The translations under genes and the position numbers were made by a program. Below, piece by piece: positions 36,033 through 44,668 of a stretch of DNA of 64,000 bases; positions within the stretch are counted from its first letter, which is position 1; each line of letters starts with the position of its first letter. A model generated the notes under the pieces. It saw nothing but the letters and a program-made list of their open reading frames with translations. It was not told where the DNA came from and did not search any database. The stretch is taken from assembly GCA_045589755.1 (NCBI GenBank), contig JAZNPR010000010.1, forward strand, positions 11,439-75,438, in the 5' to 3' direction. This stretch comes from Paludibacteraceae bacterium (GTDB lineage: Bacteria > Bacteroidota > Bacteroidia > Bacteroidales > Paludibacteraceae).

Positions 36033-36707
36033 TTATTTGATTTTTATTTCCCACATGTATGCAAAGTTCACACTCAAGTTCATCGAGTTAGACTGGCTAA
36101 AGTAGGCCACTTTGCGGTTGCTGTAGATGGTTCCTAAGCTGAAGTTAAATCGTGCTTCAAGTTGGAATATACCTATCTTTTTTGTGCGGTAGTAGCATCC
36201 CAATCCGCCTGCCAATCCCCAATCAAATGGATTGTCCAGAGGTAGATATTGGGGTGAAGCCACATTACTTGGTAATTCGGTGCTCACGTCGCGGAAGCAA
36301 TAGCCTATTTGTGGTCCTAGATTAAGAAATCCGCGAAAACGCTCTTTGCCCAAATACAAATGCATGAGTAGTGGCACCTCCAGATAATGCAGGGTGCGAT
36401 AATAATCTATTGTGTTGCCATTATCAAGAGCGATAGTCTCATGCCATCCACGTGGCATATAGTTGATTTCGGTTTGAATAGCGCATACTTTGTGCCCTGC
36501 ATAGCGGAAGACCAGTCCGCCATTGAAGGCTAGTGGAGACTGTATGATGTCTATTTTTGCTACATTGGGAACAAACGTCACCGTAGATGCCATGACACCC
36601 GCATGCACTCCTATGTACATCTCTGGACGGCGCAGACGTGGTTGAGCCATACTTATGCTACTTATGAGCAACAAAACAAGCAATATGATAAAATGTCGTT
36701 GGCGCAT
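36033..36707 (-). CDS. outer-membrane beta-barrel (PorT/OmpA-beta-barrel-like) protein
   Basis: 224 aa with a signal peptide, alternating amphipathic strands and an aromatic-rich C-terminus. Confidence 0.55.
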   Translation of the reverse strand: MRQRHFIILLVLLLISSISMAQPRLRRPEMYIGVHAGVMASTVTFVPNVAKIDIIQSPLAFNGGLVFRYAGHKVCAIQTEINYMPRGWHETIALDNGNTIDYYRTLHYLEVPLLMHLYLGKERFRGFLNLGPQIGYCFRDVSTELPSNVASPQYLPLDNPFDWGLAGGLGCYYRTKKIGIFQLEARFNFSLGTIYSNRKVAYFSQSNSMNLSVNFAYMWEIKIK

Positions 36708-38167
36708 TATTGATGTATGATATGTACGATATGATTTTCATACCCTCCGTCTGCTGCGGTAGGCTGATAGTGAATACGCGCTTGAATGCCATTCCATACC
36801 TCACTGGGTATGGTGTCATGGGTAGTATGTTTATGCTGCTGAAGCATGTCCAGCAGTTGACTGGTGAGGTCGTAGCCTAAGAGGTCGTAGCGTGGTTGAT
36901 AGGAACTCAGTTCGTGGTTGAAATATTGCTCAAAGAGTTGATTATAGGACTCTGGTATCACAGGCGATGGGGCAAACACGGATGTGTATAATTGAGGTAA
37001 AATAATCTTCTCATTTTGCCATGAGTAATGCGAAAACAGGGTGATGCGATACGTACCACAGGCTTTGAGCAGGTGAGGCATGACGGTTTGCAGATTGACA
37101 AAACGCTCGGTATTGAATAAGACAAGATTCTCCAGTTCGGTGCTGAAAGCTCCTTCTATGGAGTCCGACAACAGGGCTTTGAGTGAGATAGTAGTAGTGG
37201 GCACTTGGTACGCTTGCAGGGATTGCTGCAGAGCTTTGATGCCTGATGGAATCACTTCGCCTTCTTTTGCCTCAATCAGTATGCATTGGATACTATCTTT
37301 GCGTTGTGCAAGATAGCGTGCCACAGTATCCGCCTCAATGAGTTCGGATGGGTTGAACTTCATGGCGTATGGATTATTGTTGATACCCTCCACGCGCGAC
37401 AAGAATGGAATCACGAGCCAGATGCTATCATGCTGCAGTGAATCCATGACCATTTCCACTTGCTGACTATATGCGGGACCCACGATGGCATCCACATGTC
37501 GAAGCACGGTGTCTTGCTGTAACAGTTCTTTGATTCGGTTAGCTGTTTTACCAATATCGTAGGTAAAAACTTCCAATAATTGTCCTTTGGCTTGTGCTTC
37601 ATAGATGGCAATCAGTGCGCCAGCGTAGAAGTCATAGAAGCGGTCCATATTCCTGTCGCGTTTGATGGCATCTGCTTGCAATGGCAATAGGAATGCCAAG
37701 CGAATCACGGTGCTGTCATTGATCAACAACGAATCCGCCAGAACGGTATCATGGGATAATGTATCTACCAGTTGCAGCGAATCCAATGAGATGTCCTTTT
37801 GGATGAGGATTTTCTTTTGCTTAGGTTGGTTGGTTTTCTTAGGTTTATTATCTGCCGCAAACACCAAACGATTTCGGTGTTCTTTCTTTTGGCTAACAGT
37901 TTGTTGAGTTGGTATCAAAATTTCTTCTCCGAAGCGTAATCCCTGGTGCTGTAGATGAGGATTCGTTTTTAGAATCTCTTCTTGAGAGACACCAAAGTTC
38001 ACACTGATGCGATACAAGCCTATGCTACGCTCCACGGTGTAGCGATAGTAGATCCTCCCATCAATCGTGTCGGTGGGATAGGGGAGAAGGGGATTCTCTG
38101 CTTGCATAGGGAGTAGTATTCCTAGGCAGAAGCATATTGATAGACAATATTTCAAAAATTGTGTCAT
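36707..38167 (-). CDS. LysM domain + periplasmic-binding-protein-like protein
   Basis: The start is set at MTQFLKYCLS (ATG 38167), 3 nt after the gldG stop. The longer track ORF (to 38449) would overlap gldG by 280 nt. LysM: YRYTVERSIGLYRISVNFGVSQEEILKTNP. Confidence 0.65.
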   Translation of the reverse strand: MTQFLKYCLSICFCLGILLPMQAENPLLPYPTDTIDGRIYYRYTVERSIGLYRISVNFGVSQEEILKTNPHLQHQGLRFGEEILIPTQQTVSQKKEHRNRLVFAADNKPKKTNQPKQKKILIQKDISLDSLQLVDTLSHDTVLADSLLINDSTVIRLAFLLPLQADAIKRDRNMDRFYDFYAGALIAIYEAQAKGQLLEVFTYDIGKTANRIKELLQQDTVLRHVDAIVGPAYSQQVEMVMDSLQHDSIWLVIPFLSRVEGINNNPYAMKFNPSELIEADTVARYLAQRKDSIQCILIEAKEGEVIPSGIKALQQSLQAYQVPTTTISLKALLSDSIEGAFSTELENLVLFNTERFVNLQTVMPHLLKACGTYRITLFSHYSWQNEKIILPQLYTSVFAPSPVIPESYNQLFEQYFNHELSSYQPRYDLLGYDLTSQLLDMLQQHKHTTHDTIPSEVWNGIQARIHYQPTAADGGYENHIVHIIHQ

Positions 38168-38169
38168 AG

Positions 38170-39804
38170 TTATTTGGTATATCTTTTTTTTCGTTGTAGC
38201 ACCACGACTAATCCCACTATTGCCAATAGGGTCAATGGCATAATGATACTGATTATCTGTGCTGTGATGCGTTCTTCTCTTGCGCGCTGATCGTTGATAA
38301 GTCGTAGGGTGATTTGCTTTTGGCGTAGTGACATCCATCCGGTGTCGTCGGTCAGGTAAAGTACAGCATTGACCATGAAATCGCGATTGCCAAACTGCGT
38401 TTGTGTATAGCGGTCGTATCCCAAAGGCAATGGTTGTCCTTGTTGCCACTCGTTGCGTATAGTACTGCCTGCCGCCACAACAATTTGTTTGGTTGGTTCG
38501 CTCTTTTTGCGCAATGGTGCATGCAATTGTAGGTCCTCTGGTGGCAATAAATGAGCGTAGAGTGATGTAAATACGCCTTCTATGCTTGCTGCCACTGGAA
38601 TAAAAGCATATTTAAAGTCGGCTTCCGTTCCGTTGAATAAACTCAGGTTTACTTCTGCTGGCGAAGTTGTGAGCTTACTGTTGGTTGAGGTGGCGAGCAG
38701 TGTTGTTTTGTGCAATCCATCTTCTTCGCCTACCAAGTCAATGCACGAAGCCATCGTGGCGCTCACTTGCATGATATTGCGTGTGATGGGTGACGCTTGC
38801 GAAGTGAGTAGCAATGGTGCGTATGTCCACGGCATGGGTTGCCAATTGGGTTGTTGTGCGTTATCCGATACATCCACGGGCACGGGCATACATTGCAAAT
38901 CCTGAACCAATGCAGGGTTGATGCGTACTCCGTAGCGGAAAAGCATATCTGAAATATTCAAGTCCAATGGAATAATGGGTGTCATACCGTTCTGCGACAA
39001 TGTTCGGTTGGAGAACTGCACTCCGTTCACCACCCACAATATGCGTCCACCTTGCATGAGGTATTGATCCAGAATATACTTGTCTTTTTCCGAGAAGGGT
39101 TCTTGTGGGTCGGCTATAATCACTGCGCGATAGCCGTCCAGCACCCCTGTTTCACTACCCAAGATGCCGCGGTCAATCTGGTAATAGCGCGACAAGGCTT
39201 GGCTCAAGTCATAGACATCTTTTTCTGGCAACTCACCATGTCCTTCCAAAAAGGCTATCTTATCCACTTGCTCGCGCGTCAGTGTGTAGAGGGCTTCCAC
39301 AAAAGCGAACTCCAAGTTCTCGATGCTATGATTCAAGTTCTCTTCGCCGCTTAGTCCACGATTATTGCGCAGCAATTCTACTACGGCAGTCTTGCCCTTG
39401 TAGGTCATTAGTGCATAGGGGTAAACAGTCGTTTGTGCCGTTTGTCCCTTGTGTGTGCGCTCGTGAATGACGGTGGGCGATACGCCTTGCGGAATATCCT
39501 CCGCCGACACCCGATACTCAATCTCTGCGCCTCTCGCCTCTCGCCTCTCGCCTCTCGCTGCTTCCAGCTCCTCCACCATTTCTATGGTAGCGCGTTGGAG
39601 CCGTTGAAAACCTGCGTTCAGTTCGCCATCCAGCAGGATAGTGACTTGCAGCGGAGCGTCCAAATCGTGTATAAGGGCACGAGTGGCTGGGGCAATGCTA
39701 TAGCGGCGGTCGTTGGTCATATCCCAACGCACCACGAACTGCTGCACCAGTATGTTTATCACTACCAGTGCCACCATAGCCGCTATGCCTTTCCACATTT
39801 TCAT
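38170..39804 (-). CDS. gldG: GldG-like gliding/T9SS-associated ABC-transporter auxiliary protein
   Basis: N-terminal TM followed by RWDMTNDRRYSIAPATRALIHDLDAPLQVTILLDGELNAGFQRLQRAT, which matches the GldG pattern, and a C-terminal TM anchor. No gldA or gldF is adjacent. Confidence 0.65.
   Translation of the reverse strand: MKMWKGIAAMVALVVINILVQQFVVRWDMTNDRRYSIAPATRALIHDLDAPLQVTILLDGELNAGFQRLQRATIEMVEELEAARGERREARGAEIEYRVSAEDIPQGVSPTVIHERTHKGQTAQTTVYPYALMTYKGKTAVVELLRNNRGLSGEENLNHSIENLEFAFVEALYTLTREQVDKIAFLEGHGELPEKDVYDLSQALSRYYQIDRGILGSETGVLDGYRAVIIADPQEPFSEKDKYILDQYLMQGGRILWVVNGVQFSNRTLSQNGMTPIIPLDLNISDMLFRYGVRINPALVQDLQCMPVPVDVSDNAQQPNWQPMPWTYAPLLLTSQASPITRNIMQVSATMASCIDLVGEEDGLHKTTLLATSTNSKLTTSPAEVNLSLFNGTEADFKYAFIPVAASIEGVFTSLYAHLLPPEDLQLHAPLRKKSEPTKQIVVAAGSTIRNEWQQGQPLPLGYDRYTQTQFGNRDFMVNAVLYLTDDTGWMSLRQKQITLRLINDQRAREERITAQIISIIMPLTLLAIVGLVVVLQRKKRYTK
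39530..39557. repeat. (CCTCTCG)x4 heptanucleotide tandem repeat inside gldG
   Basis: Read directly. Encodes ARGERREARG on the minus strand. Confidence 0.9.
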
Positions 39805-39811
39805 CTAAACA

Positions 39812-41584
39812 CTACTCCAGTGCTTTTAATACTTCCTCGTTCACCACCACAGGATACTTATCGCGCAGGGTCTGCACCCACAACTTCTCCAGATGGTCTT
39901 GGTAGTCGGTTGTTACTTGTCCGCGAACATCGGTGTATTCTTCTGGTGCTTTGATTACTTTGCCTACAGGAATCACATGTGGGAATTCTTCGGTTGGGGT
40001 GTATTCTGCTGTTTTACTCTTGAAGGCATACTTATCCACAGCAGCATTTTTGCCTTCTTTCCACAGACCGCGCTCCACGCGCACGTACTGTACGCTGTCC
40101 ACGTTCACGCGTTGGTTGATATAACTCATCACCGAATCAGCATTGGCGCTCTTGATGATTTGCTTAGCGGCTTTAGCCACTTTTTCATCCTTTGCGTAGA
40201 TGATATATCCTTTGTAGCGAGGAGCTTCCCAGGTGTAGTTTTTCTTGTTGGCTTTGAAGAATGTTGCCAATCCTTCGGTATCTTTGTTGGCTTTGTCCCA
40301 TACTTCGCGCAATGATACATCGAATAGCAAGATACCATCGTGATACTCGCGAACCAAGTTGCGCAAGTCCGCATACTTCTCCTCCAAGTGTGCATCGGCG
40401 TATGCTTTTACCTCATCGTTGCTCATTTCGGCAGGCAAGTTGTATTCTGCGCGTGTTTTGTTGATAAAACTCTTTTCTGCTTCTTGATAGCGCACATCGC
40501 GTTTCACTTGATTGAGCAGTTGCTGACGCATGCTGTCCAATGGTTGGATGCCACGTTTCTCATAGAGTTTCACAAAGTGCCAGCCGAAGCGTGTTGGGAA
40601 TGGTTCGCTCATTTCGCCTGGTTGCATATCAAAGGTGATGTTCTCGAATGGTTGAACCATCATACCTCTGCCAAACCAACCAAGGTCGCCTCCACGTACT
40701 GCGGAGCCTTTGTCATCGGAATGTGCGGTAGCTATTTCTGCAAAGTCAGCACCTGCCAATACTACTTGATACAAGCTGTCAATATGTTTTTTTGCATCAA
40801 TGGCCATACCTTCGCTGCCACGAGGCATCATTTTCATGATGTGTGCTGCATGCACTTCCTCGAAGACACGTTCTTCCTCTACCAATGCGATGTGCAAGCC
40901 GTATGGGCTGCGGAACACTTCGGTCACTTCGCCAACGGGGGTGTTATATACGGCCTCCTCGAATGGATAGACAAAGCGGAATACTTGAATCCAACCCAGT
41001 TCTCCGCCGTTCTCTTTGCCTGCAGGGTCATCGGTCATCTCGCGTGCTACGTCAGCAAAGGCTTCTGGCTCGCGCACGGTCACCCATTTGCGACCTTGTT
41101 TCACTTTCTTTTCTACGCCTGTTGTCACGCGTTCGCGTGCCAACTGAATTTTAGTTTCCGCAGCTGCCATAGTAGCCGAATCGGCATTGGCTGGGCACTG
41201 AATAGCTATGTGTGCTGCGCGGCGCACGTTGGCTTGACGGTTGTAGCTGAGTTGCACCAAGCTGTCAATAGCCTCGTTATCTTGCATGTATTTAGGTGTC
41301 GCCTGCGCGCGATAGCCTGCCAACTCTTTCTTAAAGGCCTCGGTGGTGTCCACGCCTTGTGCGATAGCTTCTGCCACTTTGAGTTTGAAGTTAATGAATA
41401 GATCCAGGTATTCTTCCATGGATTTCTTTTCCAGACTGCTCTCTTGGTTGTTTTTCTCGTAGATGTACAAGAACTCTGACAGCATCACGGGCTCACCGTT
41501 GATGGTCATAAGCACTTTGTCTTCTTGGGCGAAGCCCATCATGGCACCTGCCAACAAAATGATTGATAAAATTACTTTTTTCAT
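39812..41584 (-). CDS. SurA/PpiD-like peptidyl-prolyl isomerase (two parvulin domains)
   Basis: Signal peptide and two parvulin-like blocks (AAHIAIQ...GGELGW, AAHIMKM...GGDLGWFGRGMMVQPFE). Confidence 0.75.
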   Translation of the reverse strand: MKKVILSIILLAGAMMGFAQEDKVLMTINGEPVMLSEFLYIYEKNNQESSLEKKSMEEYLDLFINFKLKVAEAIAQGVDTTEAFKKELAGYRAQATPKYMQDNEAIDSLVQLSYNRQANVRRAAHIAIQCPANADSATMAAAETKIQLARERVTTGVEKKVKQGRKWVTVREPEAFADVAREMTDDPAGKENGGELGWIQVFRFVYPFEEAVYNTPVGEVTEVFRSPYGLHIALVEEERVFEEVHAAHIMKMMPRGSEGMAIDAKKHIDSLYQVVLAGADFAEIATAHSDDKGSAVRGGDLGWFGRGMMVQPFENITFDMQPGEMSEPFPTRFGWHFVKLYEKRGIQPLDSMRQQLLNQVKRDVRYQEAEKSFINKTRAEYNLPAEMSNDEVKAYADAHLEEKYADLRNLVREYHDGILLFDVSLREVWDKANKDTEGLATFFKANKKNYTWEAPRYKGYIIYAKDEKVAKAAKQIIKSANADSVMSYINQRVNVDSVQYVRVERGLWKEGKNAAVDKYAFKSKTAEYTPTEEFPHVIPVGKVIKAPEEYTDVRGQVTTDYQDHLEKLWVQTLRDKYPVVVNEEVLKALE

Positions 41585-41647
41585 TGTTTTTTTATTCTTT
41601 TTAATTCAAAATTCTTAATTCAAAATTCTTAATTCACATAAAGCGTG

Positions 41648-41655
41648 CAAAATTA
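41648..41655 (-). promoter_or_regulatory. -7 box (TAATTTTG) for the PPIase-gldG operon
   Basis: The reverse complement of caaaatta. The 5'UTR contains a 2x repeat of gaattaagaattttgaatta. Confidence 0.45.
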
Positions 41656-41687
41656 CAAAAAAATTTTGATATATGCAAAAAAAGTAG

Positions 41688-41695
41688 TACTTTTG
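41688..41695 (+). promoter_or_regulatory. -7 box TACTTTTG for nrnA
   Basis: Exact TAnnTTTG match 25 nt upstream of the ATG at 41720. Confidence 0.5.
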
Positions 41696-41719
41696 TAGCG
41701 GATTTTTATTTGAAAGGTA

Positions 41720-42820
41720 ATGGCAACACTTACTCCTATTTTTTCTGCTGCGGAGATTCGTACCGCCCAAGAGTTTATCAATCAGTCGAATAACATAGTT
41801 ATTCTCACGCACATGTCGCCCGATGGCGATGCCATGGGTTCGTCCTTGGCGATGCGCCATTTCTTGGAGGCGCAGGGCAAGCATGTGTCGGTGATTGTGC
41901 CGAATGCTTTTCCCGATTTTTTGGCTTGGTTGCCCAAGGCCGATGAGGATATTATTTACGAGTCGCGCCGTGCGGAGGCGGACGCGCTGTTGGAGCAGGC
42001 GGATTTGGTTATTTGCACCGATTTCAACGAGCCCAAGCGCATTGGTTCGTTGGGCGATAAGTTGCTCACGCTCACTTGCCGCAAGATGATGATTGACCAC
42101 CATCTCCACCCATCCGATTTTCCCGATTTGACATTGTCTTATCCCTCTTCCCCCTCCACCTGCGAACTCGTCTATCGCCTAATAACATGCCTCCAATACC
42201 CGATATCCGATACCCAATACCCGATATCCGATACCCGCTCCCCGATATCCCAAGAAATAGCCACCTGCATCTATACGGGCATGATGACCGATACGGGCAA
42301 TTTCTCCTTTAATTCCAATTATCCAGAGATGTACCAGATTGTCGGTGAATTGGTGTCGTTTGGGGTGAATAAGGACGAGATCTACAACCGTGTTTTCAAT
42401 GCTTATTCGGCGGATCGTATGCGTCTGATGGGCTATTGTTTGTATCAGAAGATGCGCATTTTCCCAGAGTGTCATACGGCGCTCATTTATCTGAGCCGCA
42501 AGGAGTTGTATCGTTTCAATTTCCAGTCAGGTGATGCAGAGGGTATTGTGAACTTGCCGTTGCAGATTAAGGATATTCACTATTCGTGTTTCATGCGCGA
42601 GGACAAGGTCAATCCTACCGAAGTGGCGTTGGCGGGCGGAAGCAAAACGAAGATTAAAATCTCGCTTCGCAGTCAGGGTAATCGTCCTGTGAATGTGTTT
42701 GCTAAGGATATTTTCGGCGGTGGCGGTCATGCCAATGCTTCGGGTGGCGAGTATTATGGTCCATTGCCCGAAGCGGTGCAACGCTTCTTGGACAACTATC
42801 AAGACTACTTTGTCTTGTAA
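41720..42820 (+). CDS. nrnA: DHH/DHHA1 phosphoesterase, NrnA-like oligoribonuclease/pAp phosphatase
   Basis: Motifs HMSPDGDAMGS, DFN, MIDHH, TGMMTDTGNF, GGGHANASG. Confidence 0.75.
   Translation: MATLTPIFSAAEIRTAQEFINQSNNIVILTHMSPDGDAMGSSLAMRHFLEAQGKHVSVIVPNAFPDFLAWLPKADEDIIYESRRAEADALLEQADLVICTDFNEPKRIGSLGDKLLTLTCRKMMIDHHLHPSDFPDLTLSYPSSPSTCELVYRLITCLQYPISDTQYPISDTRSPISQEIATCIYTGMMTDTGNFSFNSNYPEMYQIVGELVSFGVNKDEIYNRVFNAYSADRMRLMGYCLYQKMRIFPECHTALIYLSRKELYRFNFQSGDAEGIVNLPLQIKDIHYSCFMREDKVNPTEVALAGGSKTKIKISLRSQGNRPVNVFAKDIFGGGGHANASGGEYYGPLPEAVQRFLDNYQDYFVL
42191..42251 (+). repeat. CCGATA-type word repeat inserted in frame in nrnA
   Basis: ctccaatacccgatatccgatacccaatacccgatatccgatacccgctccccgatatccc encodes LQYPISDTQYPISDTRSPIS just before the conserved (E)IATCIYTG block. 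Confidence 0.85.
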
Positions 42821-42920
42821 CCCTTACCCCTTACCCATTATCCCTTACCCATTATCCATTACCCATTACCCAATAGCCCGCAGGGCGTCCAATACCCCTT
42901 AGGCGGAACGCCGTCCAATA
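42821..42920 (+). repeat. composite intergenic repeat (CCCTTACCC/CCATTA words + 52-bp CCAATA core) overlapping the 3' end of the exosortase-like gene
   Basis: cccttaccccttacccattatcccttacccattatccattacccattacccaatagcccgcagggcgtccaataccccttaggcggaacgccgtccaatatg. The core matches the recJ insertion at 50 of 52 positions. Confidence 0.85.
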
Positions 42921-43450
42921 TGTGTCCACCACACCCACATGCCGAAGAGCATCAGGTAGAAGAGGTATTTGAAGACATATGTGTGCATCATCTCGAAGAG
43001 TTCGGGGTGATGTTCTATTATCAGGGTAATGAGTGCGATGCGCAATATATTGAATAGGTATATGGCGACGAAGCCGAGTGGGATAAACCACAATTTGCGC
43101 AGCCATTTACCGCGTGCTACGAGCATGATAATCAGCCAGATGAAGGATTGTTTTAGTGCGGTGCAGCTCCATACGATGCGCACGCTGGAACCGCTGTCAA
43201 AGCGCAGGATGTTGTTGGGCAGTTGATGAATGGTGTCGCGCACGAGGTGTACGGTCCAATAGACGGCATTGGCGATGTGTGTAGCGAGGAAATCGAATGG
43301 GGCGGTGATGTCGAGTCCGAACCATGTGACTTGCTCGCCTCCTTCGTCACCTAGCACGGTGTATTTCCAAAAGAAGTTCGCCGCCAGCAGTGCCACCACG
43401 AACAATATAATGTCCGTGTACGGAGCAATCTGTTTTTTCCAATCTTTCAT
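42899..43450 (-). CDS. exosortase/archaeosortase-family intramembrane protein (XrtF-like size)
   Basis: 183 aa from MKDWKKQ. Polytopic membrane protein carrying, in the expected order, the Cys context VRIVWSCTALKQ, the Asn-x-x-Arg context YLFNILRIALI, and a late His (MHTYVFKY), as in the exosortase Cys/Arg/His triad. The 36 upstream codons of the track ORF are probably not translated. Confidence 0.55.
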   Translation of the reverse strand: MKDWKKQIAPYTDIILFVVALLAANFFWKYTVLGDEGGEQVTWFGLDITAPFDFLATHIANAVYWTVHLVRDTIHQLPNNILRFDSGSSVRIVWSCTALKQSFIWLIIMLVARGKWLRKLWFIPLGFVAIYLFNILRIALITLIIEHHPELFEMMHTYVFKYLFYLMLFGMWVWWTHIGRRSA

Positions 43451-43515
43451 TCGCTGTTCGTTTTTAATGATATTTCTTCCGTGTTTCCGTGCCTGTCCGT
43501 GCTCGTCTGTGGTTG

Positions 43516-44535
43516 TTATATGCGGGTTTTTGCGTAGGGTGCGGCATCTACGGGGCAAAACTCCCCCTTCAGGTACTTGTAGTAGCCTGCTTGTGCCACC
43601 ATGGCGGCGTTGTCTGTGGTGTAGGCAAACGGTGGGATATGCACCTGCCAGTGATGGCGTTTGCCGAGGTCGATGAGCGCATCGCGCAGTCCGCTGTTGG
43701 CGCTCACGCCGCCTGCTACGGCAATCTCTTTTATGCCCATGTCTTTGGCTGCTTTCTTCAGCTTATTGATCAGAATATCGATGATAGTCTTCTGCAACGA
43801 AGCGCACAAATCCGCTTTATTTTCCTCGATGAAATCGGGGTTTTCTTTCAGTTGGCCGCGCAGGAAATAGAGGAACGAGGTCTTCAGGCCCGAGAACGAG
43901 TAGTTGTATTCGGGTATATGTGGTTTGCTGAATTGGAACGCCTCGGCATTTCCTTCTTTGGCAAGGCGGTCTATCCATGGACCACCAGGGTAGGGCAGTC
44001 CCATGATTTTCGCGCATTTATCGAATGCTTCGCCTGCCGCATCGTCTATCGTCTGTCCGATGATCTCCATGGTGTAGTGGTCTTTCACCAGCACAATCTG
44101 ACTATTTCCTCCACTCACCAACAAACACAAGAACGGAAAATTCGGAGCCTGATGCCCATGCTTCTCCTCGATGAAATGGGCCAAAATATGCGCTTGCAGG
44201 TGGTTGACTTCCACCAGCGGTATGCCTTGCGACAATGCCAATCCTTTGGCAAAACTGGTACCCACCAGCAGACTACCCAGCAACCCTGGTCCGCGTGTGA
44301 AGGCAATCGCGCTGAGTTGGTCTGCCGTCACGCCTGCGCGTTTGAGGGCGGCATCTACTACGGGAACGATATTCAGTTGGTGCGCGCGGCTAGCAAGTTC
44401 GGGTACTACGCCGCCGAACTCCTCGTGTACGCCTTGTGATGCGGTCACATTGCTCAACAGTATGCCGTCTTTGAGGACTGCTGCCGAGGTATCATCGCAG
44501 CTGGATTCTATTGCGAGAATAATGGTTTCTTTCAT
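43516..44535 (-). CDS. tsaD: tRNA N6-adenosine threonylcarbamoyltransferase TsaD
   Basis: ILAIESSCDDTSAAV, HxxxH-type LQAHILAH, SGGVSAN. 339 aa. Confidence 0.9.
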   Translation of the reverse strand: MKETIILAIESSCDDTSAAVLKDGILLSNVTASQGVHEEFGGVVPELASRAHQLNIVPVVDAALKRAGVTADQLSAIAFTRGPGLLGSLLVGTSFAKGLALSQGIPLVEVNHLQAHILAHFIEEKHGHQAPNFPFLCLLVSGGNSQIVLVKDHYTMEIIGQTIDDAAGEAFDKCAKIMGLPYPGGPWIDRLAKEGNAEAFQFSKPHIPEYNYSFSGLKTSFLYFLRGQLKENPDFIEENKADLCASLQKTIIDILINKLKKAAKDMGIKEIAVAGGVSANSGLRDALIDLGKRHHWQVHIPPFAYTTDNAAMVAQAGYYKYLKGEFCPVDAAPYAKTRI

Positions 44536-44668
44536 CTCTATTTCTTTTATTTTGCCTGCAAAATTACTATATTTCTATGATATACGCAAATTGGTGTGCC
44601 TATATTTATTATCTCATTCCATTGTAATAATTTGGTGTATATTGTGTAACTGATTGTATAATAGTTAC

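Noticed and set aside
38170-38449. Apparent 280-nt overlap between gldG and the downstream LysM gene, suggesting overprinting.
   Set aside because: It is resolved by using the internal ATG at 38167 (MTQFLKYCLS, a proper signal peptide), which lies 3 nt after the gldG stop. The upstream 94 codons are Arg/His/Thr-rich filler.
40340-41401. Long ORFs antisense to well-supported genes. Examples: 40340..41401 within the PPIase gene, 28114..28953 within glgB, 52061..53104 within the giant gene, 43489..44439 within tsaD, 8877..9503 within tdk, 30122..30862 within cysS.
   Set aside because: Each lies entirely opposite a gene with clear family motifs. Their translations are low-complexity or Cys/His/Arg-rich with no recognisable domains. 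This is typical shadow-ORF behaviour.
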